Source of the DNA: Tubiluchus corallicola
Lineage: Eukaryota; Animalia; Priapulida
Direction of reading: 5' to 3'
Length of the DNA stretch: 64,000 nt
Assembly: GCA_030141605.1 (NCBI GenBank)
Contig: JAQGDQ010000007.1
Location: forward strand, 248,001 to 312,000
The translations under genes and the position numbers were made by a program. Position 1 is the first letter of the stretch. Every line of letters starts with the position of its first letter. Of this stretch, positions 41,240-54,473 are shown in pieces. The notes beneath the pieces are model-generated. The model saw nothing but the letters and a program-made list of their open reading frames with translations. It searched no databases and was not told the origin of the DNA.

Positions 41240-42489
41240 ATGAGAGCTAAGGTACATTGACTTCTTTAAATGGTTCTTTTGCTTTTAAAGTTAGCTAAAT
41301 AGATTTTTTACAACATTTGTATATTATTAAGATATAGTTAAGGTAAATAATTGTACTGTTTAAAGTTGGCTGTATGTACCACACACGTGCAAAGGGGTCG
41401 AAACAGCTAGAGTAATTAGTGGGTAACTGAACTCATATAGGTTACTTGTGTATGCCTAAAATATTATATGCAACAGTTGATGGCGAATAACTTTAAAAAA
41501 CACATATTGATTGAAAATAAACTAAAATTTTCTTGAAACTTTTGTGTCTGTAGAAAAAACTTTGACCTAATCCTACCTTCAACTATTTTATTGATCTTCA
41601 AGTGATCCCCACTACAGTTCATCTGCTATGATTCAGCCCTGTTTAGTGAGTTTGTCATGTTATGTCCAACCCAGGACTATTCATCCCCATGGGGCTTAAC
41701 ACAGCATAAACAATTAAAGAGGAATAGAAGCTTTTTTATAAAGTAACATTGAAATTATTCTTACAGTTAAAGTGAAAAGTACATACCTTTTCATTGAGTT
41801 TAAAGCTTTGTTAAGTTGTAAGCAACTACTGAACTTTAAAATTTTTTATCGTAAAACAAATCACATTTTACCCTCTTAATTTTGACGTGCGTAGAATCAA
41901 ATCTTCTTTTAACTGCTGCGTATGGCCACACTTCATAATTACGTTTTGAAACCATAAATCAACCCAATAAATTGCAGTAAATTTTGATATAGGCCTACAT
42001 TGTGCGCAGCAGCCTGGTAATGTAACCATTAGTGACCCAATGCTATTGCTAAAGGGGATATATGCTGCTTACAAAATCCAATGAATATTCAGACCTATTA
42101 TTGTTTGTTTTTTAGGGTCAGGCACTTTAAGATTGGAGAATATAGGCATTAATCAATTGCAAATTTTGAATGGCAAAAAACTTCACATACAGACACTTAG
42201 AACTGCACATAACAACCCTGTTGAGAATCATGTTATATGTATAAATTGCACGATTAGAGCCACTTGACAACTTATTGTTTTAAGCATTTTTGCTTGTCTA
42301 AAGCGTGTATGGTATGTGCTTAGCCAAGTAGCTCTGGTATGTGCTTAGCCAAGTAGTTTTCTCTTGGCATACGGTATATAAAGGTAATTATTTATTTTTA
42401 TTTTTATTTAAATCTTGCTTTAGTGGAGAAAGAAGAGAATGAGACGATTGAAGCGCAAAAGAAGAAAGATGCGTGCGAGGTCCAAGTAG
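41240..42489 (+). CDS. RPL41: 60S ribosomal protein eL41 (25 aa, [25 protein letters not shown]); coding exons 41240-41251 and 42424-42489
   Basis: ATGAGAGCTAAG|gtacat...cttgctttag|TGGAGAAAG...TCCAAGTAG translates to the near-invariant eL41 sequence. Confidence 0.97.
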
Positions 42490-43283
42490 ACGGCTGAGCT
42501 TCCCCATATCCTAGCACTGGGTGCTTATGTTTACATGTAAGTAACGTAACAGATATTTGATGGTGCTTGAAAGTTTAAATATGCATTTTGTTAGCTCTGG
42601 GTTGGCTAACTAAACTAACAAAATTCAAATTCTAAAATCTTTAAATGACGGCACTAAAGTGTAAGTGTTCCGCTTACTGATTGAAACTGAACAGTTTCTA
42701 AGCCTGGCAAAGTGTAAATTAAGTTTTTTTATGAAATATATAAAACGAATAGATCTAACATGAAAATATTTAAAAATAGTCGGGTAAATAAACCCAAGAG
42801 TTTCACATAAGCAGTGTTATGTAATTATGATTTTTTCTCTTCTAACGATTTTGTTTGTGGAATTTGTATACCAGAAAATTGTTTCTGTCAACTGTAGTTT
42901 CATTAGCAGAGAGGTTATAAGAATTCTGAATTTGTAAATCTGCGGTCGTTGTTTTTCTAGTTGCAGCTCCTTACCTTGAATTATCAGTGGCCTTGTTTGG
43001 GGTAATTTGATTTTGTGTAGAAATTTCCAAAACTGTATTGTGGTTGAGTTTCCGTACCACAAAAACTGAGTTTGGTCCTAGTTTATCTGAATATAAAAAT
43101 AAATGCCACTTGATTTATTTAATTAAATGATCGCAGTGCTTGAACGTTTACCCCTACCCCAGTAATCTAGACATTTGGTTGTCGTACAATAGATTTAAAT
43201 GCGACAAAAGTGCAGAGAGAGATTGCTAGACTTGTGCAAAAATTGAGACAACAATAGGCACCATGTTCTAATACAAATTCTAT

Positions 43284-43437
43284 GGTTTATTGTATGGCAG
43301 ACAATGTGCATCATTTTGTACCATACAAAAACAATGGCAAAAAGAGACTTTGGGTGACAGGATTGTTCGATATTCGAGGCTAGCAATGTCCCTATCCTCG
43401 CATGGCATTTAAATCTATGCGTTGTACTGTCACACTT
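43284..43437 (+). ncRNA. Candidate intronic H/ACA-like structured RNA
   Basis: Hairpin, then ANANNA (43340-43345), then a branched hairpin closed by GACAG/CTGTC, then ACA (43432-43434), inside a ribosomal-protein gene intron. Folded by eye only. Confidence 0.35.
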
Positions 43438-43494
43438 CTGTTAATAAAAATGTAAATCATTATAAGAAATACTATTGTAGCCTTCTTATTGCAG

Positions 43495-43690
43495 GTGACC
43501 CGGTTCAGTAATGACTCTGATGAATGCAAATTTATTTGCTGATGTGACCATTGCTGACCGACGAGTCTTCTCCGCCAGCCAGTGGTTATTTTGGATTACA
43601 GCTAATGCTTTTATACGTGTTTACCATCTCTATGATATTTCTGTACATACATTCATGTTTTCAACAAATAAAATGTGTGAGTTGATGGAA
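43495..43690 (+). other. Probable terminal 3'-UTR exon of RPL41 with poly(A) signal
   Basis: Donor GTAAGT at 42537, acceptor CCTTCTTATTGCAG ending at 43494, AATAAA at 43667-43672. Confidence 0.65.
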
Positions 43691-46676
43691 ACGTGATTGA
43701 CTCATTTGCATTCATGGAGGAAACTTATTATTTTAAATCTTGTTCTCATAGTTTTATCAGTATTTAATTTATCAACACTAACATGCAATTTATAAGATAT
43801 GTGATACACCAACTGGCAGATATTAATGTTGTTGCTGATTCTACTGATAACACCTACAATAGCGGAAGTCATGACCAGATCAGATCAGAAAAATGGCAAG
43901 ACCAAGTGAGAGGGCAGTAATTTATATCTGCCGTGCATGATCTTATGGTTGCGGATAACTGACGTTGTCGTGAATCGTTGCCTGTACTGGAAACCAAGCA
44001 AAGGAGAGTTATCCATTTTTCAGCACTCGTCAAGGAGTTGTCAGTGATTAACATAGATGGCGCCGAGTACCCCAGTGGGGATGTGTAACCTCTAGGTTGA
44101 AATGCTGCCAGGCTATTTTTTAAAATAAAAAGCTGCAATGCACATACATTACATAACAGCAATAATGTTTATTTGATGTGAATTTCTGACTTACAACACT
44201 AAGCAACAATTTCTAATATATTTACAGTGTATAAAAGAAGTGGAGAGCCAAATATCAGTCCTGCAGTTAACAGGTGTACCAAAGAAAGCCTTTCCTTACC
44301 AAACAAATTTGACTGACTTATTTCAATTCACAGTACAGCTAGGATTTAAAGTAGTATCAGTATACCATCTTGCATTATGGTATGTAATTGATACTAAACA
44401 GCAGCACATCAATTTAGCTAAATTTTGTATAAATTCGTATGCATGTAATTGATACTAGGCAGCACATCAATTTAGCTAAGCTTTGTACAAATTTGTATAG
44501 ATGGTTCTTTTTTATATATAATTTCGACACAGGTAATAAAAAATGTTAACCCATATCTTCACATGCAGGTGATGAACTTTAATGCTAACCATTTCTGCAT
44601 TGCACAGAACTGATGATCACAAACACTACATATGCTAGCACAGATGTACATAACGCTAAGCCTGCTACTAACCCACAGGAAGAGCTACCACGGATGTAAC
44701 TAGGGTACTGTAATTTGGGCGCAATCGTGAAAACCAAATGTTGGAAGAATATCTGCTAACAGAAAATGCAATTAATGAATAACTAAAAATGCAAAACTGT
44801 TGCAGACAACTATTACTGTGACGTACTACTTTTGTGCAGGTGTACCAACTATTCCCGTCAATTTAGAAATGAGGGCAGTGATTTGAAATGTATAGCATTG
44901 TAGTATGATACAGAAGAATACATATCGGCAAAGCAGACTTAACACTCTTCACCAACACATGCAAGAAGTCGTTATAAAACTTGACTATTATAATTACATT
45001 ACTAATATTACAGATTAATTGTACACACAAGCTGATTTTACAAATACTAAAACAAAATGATTATAATGGTCTTGACCTTGCATATACAGTAGTTGTGTTA
45101 CTGCTAAAAAAATTTATAATTATTAGAAATAATTCATTTTCCATTGTAACAGGAATGAATTTTCATCTTTTGGCAACTAACGGGAATTAAACGTCATCAA
45201 AAAATTACAGCTTGAATTTTAATCACTTTCAGAAAATTCTGCATAATTTGATACAAAAATGTGATTTCTTTTCCAGAGTCCCTAGAATTACTGACTGAAG
45301 GAATTTGCATGCTGAAGTCATTTACAACGTTCTCGTTTTATTGAAGCACAAATAGAAACATTTGTAAATGCTCAAGAGTGCTATGAATGCTTGCTTTAAA
45401 ATTGCAAAAATCTTTAACAAATTACTCAAAACTAAGTGCAATTTATGGAATTATATTAGTTCAAGAATGATCCTCGAAACAGGTACAACTTTTCAAAGGA
45501 GAATGTCAACAGACTCGACAGATTTCAAGGTCTGTTTAAGTACTGTATTGTCATAATTTGCTGTACATTTACTGGTATGGCCTAATTTCAAGAAGGATCG
45601 TAATGACAATGCAAAATGCAAGTTTCAGGACCATTTTTGTAACTACCACTAAAAATGATCTTCTCACTGACATGGAAGATACAAAAAATTTCCTGTAGAT
45701 TTTGTCAAATGAATGTACCGTGAAGGAACGAATTGCCACTAATGAACAAATACAGTCGCATCATCTCCATAGTGACTAACTGCATCACAAACTTTCTAGA
45801 AAAACTTCTGACCGTTATATTATCGAGCTTGTAGGAGTTCATAACAAACGACGCATTTATGTAAAATTGTATAAACAATTACATCAAGTAGATATTATAT
45901 ATACAATTGTTACTCAAAAGACAAATATTATTCACAAGCGTATATCAATTCATTACACCGGCACCAATGAGTTAAACCCACAATGTTCTTCACACAGGAT
46001 AGTTCAGGACAAGTGGCAGATGCTTAAAGCTTTCTACGGTCATTTCACCTGCTAACATTTTAAATCAGTGAGTCGCTTCAATTAAAATATTTACACTAGA
46101 ATTTTTTAAATAAAGAAATCAAATTACGGATTAGTGAAAGACTGCTACAATTAACAATAACATTTATATTACCTCGCATAACCAAATCGAGTTAAAATAT
46201 TAGAAAAAAACGTAACAGCTAAATTGAAGCTGCAACCATGTCAGAATATATCCCAAAATAATTACACAATATCACAATAATGACATCATTGTGATAACAG
46301 AACATATCAATAGACACATATCTATTCAAACAGCGGAGACATTAGTTAGTTTCGAAAAAAGTTTACAGCATAAACTTATATATAAATTGTTGATTGCATA
46401 AAAGAATTAGATAAACTATTTTGCTGCATGTGAGATTGTAGACATAAAGTACAGACATTGTATACATAACACGTGTAACAGACAACACTCGAAGCATCTG
46501 AAACAAAACAAAAACAAAGAATATAATGTCTGGTGTTCATAGTTACAAAAAATCACACAAAAGCTATACGCATGGCAGCGCGTGCCAATAATACAACACA
46601 CGCCATGTTGTACAATGTGTAATCATTGTGATCACCCGACCACAGTGTTCTAGATAATGTTGAATGTTTATTGTGA

Positions 46677-49600
46677 TCATTTGCAGCAGCCACTACCAGC
46701 AGGTTGATTTGATGCAGTGCCATCATCTAGCCGGCGCCCGCCAGTTGTTGTTGCTCCTGTCGTGTTCTGTTCATTTTTTGGAAGCTTTTTAGCTGCAAGA
46801 AAGGAAAAATTAATATGCCTACTAGCAAAGACCCTGCAAAAAATTTTGCGTAATAATTCACTTATAATCAACAATGCGCAAACGTTCTACCTAGTGTTTG
46901 TTTATTTACCTAAAGCAACGCCAGCAGCAGGTTTTATTGAATTTCAGTTATAGACAGAGAACAATGGAAGGGCATCAGAACAATGGCTTTGCGTCAGCAG
47001 TATTCCAAAGAAAAATGCCAGAAATGGAACCTCCAGGCAACTTAATCACAGCTCCTCAGAGTGGAGACGTCCTAAAATACAGCCCACACCATCGTGTAGC
47101 CCTGCACTTCCTCTTTCTAAAGAGCTATATGTCTCCGTTCAAGAGTCATATATTCGCTGCCAGAATGTTTTTTCTGCATGCTGTTTGGTCAAAATTTTGA
47201 AAAAATCGGAGTTGGGTCCGGGAAAACATCCGTTACAGGACGCCGTGGGCCTCTCGCAAATTCGATATACGCCTACTACATCAAACGCTGAACGGGCTAT
47301 TTATCCATAGCCAGCACCACCCCAAGCCTATTCCCATTCTCCAGAAACAACAGGTATAAGTTTTGCAAAAAAGGGCCATTTTGTAGGTTTTTCGCCTCCC
47401 ATTAATCCGGGGTGGACCCGATTCGAAAAATAAACCCCCAATGGCATGACACTAGATCGAGACCTTTCGTTTGATATATAGATCGCTGCAAATGGTGCCG
47501 TCGTCGCAGCTGTAGCCTCGAATCTTATATGTATACACACACATATATATATACATATATTAAGCCCATACTACCGAAATTAATTATACTGATCACAGCA
47601 AAATCAGTAATCTTTTGCACACAGAAATCGAGTGCATAAAGATGCTGTTTACAAAATAGGAGTAAACGTCCCAAAACAATAAAAAAATGGCACTACCATT
47701 AATTTATCAACAACTAAAAAGCATGTTTGAAATACAGTATGATGCGGTAACTATAATTGCCTTGACGTCTGTAAGTCGCATGAACAAGCTAATGAACTCG
47801 AGTCTAAAAACTTCCAAAGTAAAGTAACTATAAAGTACATATACAACTGTACATACTCAAGCCCAAACACTGACCTAGGGGTGCAAATGTCATGTACAAA
47901 TAAAAACTATGTACTCGAAATGATACTAAAATATTATACTACTAAGTATAAGGAATACATGCATTCAACGTAACATATATTAGTTGACCAAACAAGCCAA
48001 TGCAGTAAAGAAAAAACTTCTGCAAACATTCTTTGCCTAAGTGATCAAGTAAAACTGACTCACCTATAGCCAAAAACAAATCGTTTACGTTCATTGCCGT
48101 CTTTGCTGACGTTTCCATAAATAATAAACTATTTTCATCGGCATATTGTTGTGCTTCCTAGTGAACGAAACCAAAGCAAACATCAGCAAGCTAGTTTTAC
48201 AATAATAGCCTGTTACTCTAGATATGCTAAAACAGTTCGAAAAAACAAGTACAAAATAAAATAGTACTTATTTCCTAATAAAATTTTATGAGAAACAAAA
48301 AGTGTTTTCAGTTGCAACATATACAGAAGTTGACAGGTCATAATAAAAACTGTTACTCGTTAAGGAAAGTAGCTCATTGATAACAATTATCCACTAATAA
48401 GTAATAATTGAATGGTCAGGGGTGTGTAATTGTAGCTGAACATGATCAATTGATGATGGATCACAAGGAAAATCGCTCCCGCATCATTTAATTTGTTATA
48501 CCACCTCTGGGATTTCCCTCTTTGAGACAGTCTATATCAGTACATAGTATATGCATCCGGTGCCATTATCTGCTCTGGTTCTATCATAATAAGTCTGCCA
48601 TTAAATACAAGATGCTGGCTTGAAATCAAACGTATGTGTGTGTGTGTGTGTCAAATACAGAGAATAATTCACATAAGATTATCAAGTACCATATAACATT
48701 CACTACGGTTGACAAACTGTATAACATTCACTACGGTTGACAAACTGTCAGATTTTTGTTTTACTGAGTGACTTACCAGTTACCAATGAATATATGCACA
48801 ACCTGAAGTTTTAACTGCTATATAATTTGATAGAGCACTCCTGTGATACTGTAAACTAACTGAGTGGAAAATACAAGCAACGAAATAAAAGAAGTCACAA
48901 TAAACATTTTAATAATTCCTTGCACTGTTACGATGTTAATATAGTAATGAATAAAGCTTTGACAAACGTTGACAAGCAGAAGGGTTGCTCTAGACTTTAA
49001 AAGACAAACTAACTTTGCACGGTTTTAATAATTACTATTAGTGCATCTTATTGGCAATCAGAATTTAAATTAATGAAAGCCTTTTACATGGACATATCTG
49101 CTTTAATATGCTCCGAGAAATCACGGTGAATATTGAAGCACATTTGGACACAACTCTTGTACATAAGCACCAAAAATCTTGAATCTGTCCCCTTCCCCAG
49201 TGAAACAGGAGTTGAGTACCTTCAACTGTTATCAATACTAACCTTGGGTATAATATCTAAACAAATAATTTCACATGAAAGTATTAAAATAAAAAGGTGC
49301 AAAGTCTTCATCCCCAACAACTTACCTATGTGTGCACGATATACACCGCTTGACACTGAGAAGGTTCAATGCACCACCGCAGCAACACTGCTAGTCACTC
49401 ATTATCATTGTACATATAAAGTTCAATGTTTGATAGTTTAGTTTGTTTGGCTCTCTTTTAAAATAAAATGTCCACCGTAAATTTAGTAAACCAATGTGAC
49501 TCACGCTTAGTTGAAACTTAGTATACGTTGAATACGAACAAAAGCAAAAGTAAATTTTATATGTGTACCTTTGCTAACTAGTGTACCAACATTCATCACT

Positions 49601-52600
49601 TGTTAAAAGTTCGCAAATTACAACAGCAAAATTTTTCACAATCTTTATAGCCACAGCTAGTGTGAAATGGAAAGTACAAAGCTTACTTCATATTCGACCA
49701 TTCTCCTATTAGCAAGATCTGCTTTATTGCCAGACAGCGCAATCACTATATTTGGACTGGCTTGTCGTTGTAACTCTTTCACCCAAGTCTTAGCTCTGCT
49801 AAATGTATCCTAAAATGTTAAAAATACAGAATATATATACTGTATGCAAAGAATACACTAGTAATTGTGCTAATGTAAATTTTTAAAATATGACACAATT
49901 TTAGTTTAGCTAGCATTCCTGTTTTAGGAATACGGCCTGTTCACACTTTCTGATCAAAAATCTATAAATTTTAGGGAAAGTGAATATGTGGAATTGCCAC
50001 AAAATTATAATAAACAAAATTGCTCATGATAATTTTAATTCAAAAAAGAACAGAGAAACTTAGAATCCCAGGTATTTCGAAAAAAATTCGGCAAATGTTA
50101 CACGTATAGTACAACACGTCAATCTTCTGGGGTTCGTCAAAACCACTTTAATTTTTTCCCAAAACAGTAAAGTCTGAATTAGGCAAGCTTTGTGCAGTCC
50201 AAGTACTTCAAAAAATTGCCAGAGGAAAACATTTTCAACAAAATCTCATAATGACAGTTAGAGGATAATCCCTAAAAATGGGTTATATTCTAATCCTAAA
50301 ACAAACAAGTATAGCCTTAAAGACTGAATTCAGCTTGCCAATATGGTTACAAGATAAAAACTGGAATGTATGATCCTATTTTTTTCATACAGGCAGCCCC
50401 AAGCAAGGCCAGTGATAACTCAAGATAAACAGCTGAAGAACATGCATATTTTAACAAATTTTTCATAGTACCTGACAATATTTTTTACCAGTAAATGCTG
50501 AGAACAAGCACTGTTTTCTAATCAGCAATCTAAAATGATGAGCAGTTTAGTAATCCACGGATTCATCAGTAAGATTATCTCCAAGTGATGACATTACCTG
50601 ATTAGTGATATCATAAACGACAATGGCTGCCTGTGCACCACGATAGTACATAGGAGCCAAGCTGTGATATCGCTCTTGTCCCGCTGTGTCCCAAATTTCA
50701 AACTTTACAGTCAAATCATCAAGACACACTGTCTGAGTTAAAAATGCAGCTGAAAAGACAAATCATGGAGTTGTGTATACGGAAAATAGTTAAAGTACAC
50801 ATTACTTACTCTTTCTAACACACTCGCATTTGCAAGGTGTTTACAACTTCCCACACAGTTCAAATACTCTAACCATAACCTAAACCTAACTCTAACCCTA
50901 ACCTAACCCGAATCGTAACTCAATCCCAACCCTAACCCTAATCTACTTCGGGAACTAATTTCTTGTGTGGGGAATTCTAAACTTTGGAATCACATTTTGC
51001 AAACATTAAGACTACTAGTATGCAGGTTGCATTATGGAACATGTTAGTACAATTCGCCTCATGTAATCATAGCAATTACCACTGTAATGTATACTTGCAC
51101 TGGACGAAATGCATTACCTGTAAAAGTACTACAAAGGTGAAGTGAAGCACCAATATGCTACCGGTGTGATCAAATAATGTCTTAGCAATTAGGCAACCTG
51201 TTGGAGCAACGATTAATGTAATCCCTACCTCAAAACAGGGTATCTCGTTTTTCTGATTACAAGTGCTTCAACTTGTGTTCAAAATAAGATCAAGTTTATC
51301 CTAGTTTGCTGCCAGAGTCATTTTAGAACCAAGTGATGGTGCTTTGCAATCACTGTATTTCTGTTGAGGAAGCTATTGGACTAATGGATTCAGAGAAGGC
51401 TTGCATAGTCCACAGAAGTTACAATCACTCCTTGCAGTTCTCGGCTATTTTTATTCTGCTTAATTTTAGGGGTTTAGTTTCGAACAAGTTATTAATCAAA
51501 TATTCGAGGAAAAAATATTCAAATAATGGATTAATAAACTTTGTAATATTTTTCTTCCATCTTCAATGTGGAGATAGCCCATAGGAGGAAACAGATAAAA
51601 CCAGAATACAGTGCAGCTCTTGTCCGGGTTTAGCTATGTTAATAGTTAAGCTGAAAAGATAATTTGCCTGCACACACGCTGTTGTCTGGACTGAACTGTA
51701 GTGTTAATTACTACACTATTACTACATTTCTTAACTTGGAGATGAAACTGTATGCAATTCAACATAGAGCTTGTTGACTTTAGATAACTTGTTTCTGTAT
51801 AATGAACATTTTATGAGATTTGAATGACTGTTTCCAGATATTCCCATACGAAGTTCTAAGCTCTCTGATGCCATTAAGAGGACCACGGAACTATCTGATT
51901 TCCTAATAAATTAGTATAACTCAGAGCAGCGAGCTGACAGAGGAATGATTGTTTTTCTGTTATACAGTGACACATTGTTTTTATACAGTGAGGTTGGCTC
52001 AGTACCCGGGATTTTGTCTTTGGAAATAAATGTATGGTCAATACAATGTACATAGGACAATCATAGTAAAAAATATATGGGCCTTCAAATAGTCGATTAC
52101 TGGTGTGCATCCCTACTAATTTGCTGTGCTTACAACCTATGCACTTACATCAGAGCAGAATTTCATTCAAACTTGAAAACCCAAGAAGATACTCCCATCA
52201 ATTGTTCTAAATTACCCAACACCTAATCTAATTTATGACAACATATTACCACAAAGGACCAGGACGTATTCACGCTAACAAGTGAATTCTGAGTTTACAC
52301 TTTTTCCAAAGTTTCACAATACAGCAGAAAAAGGTATTTATTTACTGAACTTGAGTATTGTTTTTCTACACAACATAATGAAAATTCGTTGAACATTGCT
52401 AATTTAATGGATATCCTAAATCATTTTTAAAGAATCACAAATCAGTGGTATATGAAAATTAACAAGAACTAAATGAATCTTACCACCAATTGTGCTTTCC
52501 TGGTAATCGTGGAATTGTCCTTTAACAAACCGTAATACTAAACTTGATTTGCCGACAGCGCTTTCTCCTAACAAGACTAATTTAAACTGACATATTTTAC

Positions 52601-52646
52601 CATGTGTAGCTCCATTTGGACGTTGAGCCGTCGGCCGGCCTGCCAT
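46677..52646 (-). CDS. RAB5: Ras-related protein Rab5 (215 aa); coding exons 52484-52646, 50598-50749, 49687-49809, 48064-48157, 46677-46792
   Basis: [48 protein letters not shown] and C-terminal CCK prenylation motif; 648 nt in frame. Minus-strand AATAAA candidates at ~45337 and 44168-44173. Confidence 0.97.
46822..47560 (-). mobile_element. Helitron-like element, copy 3, in the last Rab5 intron
   Basis: Reverse complement matches 26600-26990 and ends GCAAAATTTTTTGCAGGGTCTTTGCTAG|T. Confidence 0.75.
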
Positions 52647-52889
52647 CGTAAGAAATTTTTATCTAAAAGATCAAACAACACTTTAGATGTTTTACCATTG
52701 ACAATCATGAAATGTCAACATTTATATATAAATATTATTATTTATTATCACATAGCAGAATTTTAGTTTACACACAGTGCGTCAGCGAGCTTCTCTGTCA
52801 TATATCCAAAATGTCATCTGATAGGTAACAATTTCAATGCATAACAATTTAGTTACCAAATACTATGAAAGAAAATATAACAATTCTGC

Positions 52890-53660
52890 TGCAGGGCATG
52901 GACTACACCACTAGCCGAAGTAGGAGACTTATGCTAAAGTGCATGTGCCAAGTTTGCGGAAAAGCAATGTCGTACATGGGCAGCCCAAGTAAGGTAATAA
53001 ACTTTATCTATCTAACTTATGTAAAAAAAAGGCACTGGCAATTTCTGTCAAGAATCCAGAATTGCAACATAATAAAACATAAAACTAAATTTGTTTTAGA
53101 AAAAAGGCAACTTTATAATCATGATGGATAGTCCTTGACAATTTACAAATGTATTTTTTACAATAATATTATCACCATTATTAGCTCCATTAATATCAAA
53201 GTAGCTAATGCTTTAAAGAGAGAAACTATGTAGGGCACATAGCTAGCTCGCTAGCCCATTTACTTTGTAGAAAACAAATTATTTGTCCAATAGGTAGTGA
53301 AACGGATCACCTATCTGTGAAGCAAGACAAGATAAAAAATAATAAATCTTAATTAAGTAAATGTTGGAATCGCCTAAAAAGCAGGCTTATTTCACTTCAA
53401 AAAGATTAATATCGAAGCCATATTTAATAATGGCAGTTCTACTAGCTCAGAATAAGATTGTTTTATTTTATCAGATGTATAATAAATAATTCAACGTGCA
53501 TCTACATTTTCATTTATTATTATTAAATAAACAAGGACAACGGATGCTACCATCACGGTTAACGACTCAATTCGTGACCAGTTTCTAGTGTCCTACTTGG
53601 GCTAGCCCATGTACGCCAATTGTCCTACTTCGGCTAGTGTCCTACTCCGTTCCCAACACA
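52890..53660 (-). mobile_element. Non-autonomous DNA transposon with palindromic subterminal repeats; inverted relative of 60437-61370
   Basis: CACTAGCCGAAGTAGGA...TCCTACTTCGGCTAGTG inverted repeats. Internal homology, for example GGTAGTGAAACGGATCACCT versus AGGTGATCCGTTTCACTACC. Confidence 0.8.
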
Positions 53661-54463
53661 GCAATGTAAACACAAAATGGTGGCACTATATTTCTTGCAT
53701 TATTATTAATATTGTAATTAGAAAGTCCTGCATAATTATTATTCTCAGCAGTATATTTATTTTACTGCTTTAAGTAACACAGAAGCTTCATTATCACAAA
53801 AGGCATAAGGTAAAATGGTCTCTTCTCAGCAATGCAAGAAACAAACAGATTTAATGCTTCAACGGTATCGCAATGTTTTAAACCGAGCCTGACTATTATT
53901 ATTAAGGGAATTCTCTTATTACGGATTACATAATTATAAAAAGTAGCAGAACTATACAATAACGCAAACTAGAAGTGATTGGGCAATACTTAAAGAACAT
54001 GAACAAAAGTAACAAATTCACACAAACGAGTAAATGAATCACTAAACCGACAAGATTTTTGGTCTATTTGAATCTTTAAAGATTACTTCAGCAAAACGTT
54101 GCTTGCGGAAATTATACTTACTATAGGTAACAACACACTTTAACTTTCTTCCTGCCTAATCATGTACTTGGCATTTGAAAAAATGAGTTTTTAAAAATTA
54201 ATACAAATATGTCGTTTCTCAGTATATAACCACCCTCTTAGGATTCTTTAAACCGCATAACTTTCAGCGGACTAATACTGAACAAAAATCTAAAGCAAAA
54301 TGTCACTACACAACAATCGTTTAAGCCTAAAAACAAGACACACCAAAATTTATAGCACTTTTATATATTTGCTAGAAAACATGCACCTGCTATCGCTTTT
54401 TGAAGTTAAAAGATTATAAAGAATTTTACGAAGGACCTACTTTTTAGCCTATAAATTTACCCG

Positions 54464-54473
54464 ATGACGTCAT
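54464..54473. promoter_or_regulatory. Perfect CRE/ATF palindrome ATGACGTCAT at the likely Rab5 promoter
   Basis: Lies between the MRPL10 3' end and Rab5, near minus-strand donor-like sites at ~54440 and ~54121. Confidence 0.45.

Noticed and set aside
41940-42095. U17/snR30 snoRNA, suggested by AAACCAT
   Set aside because: No upstream ATATTCCTA (m1) motif in the required order.
43501-43560. SECIS element
   Set aside because: Helix spacing does not fit, and RPL41 has no in-frame UGA (it ends in UAG).
43511-43696. 61-aa ORF downstream of RPL41 as a second cistron
   Set aside because: No recognisable motif, and it runs through the poly(A) signal.
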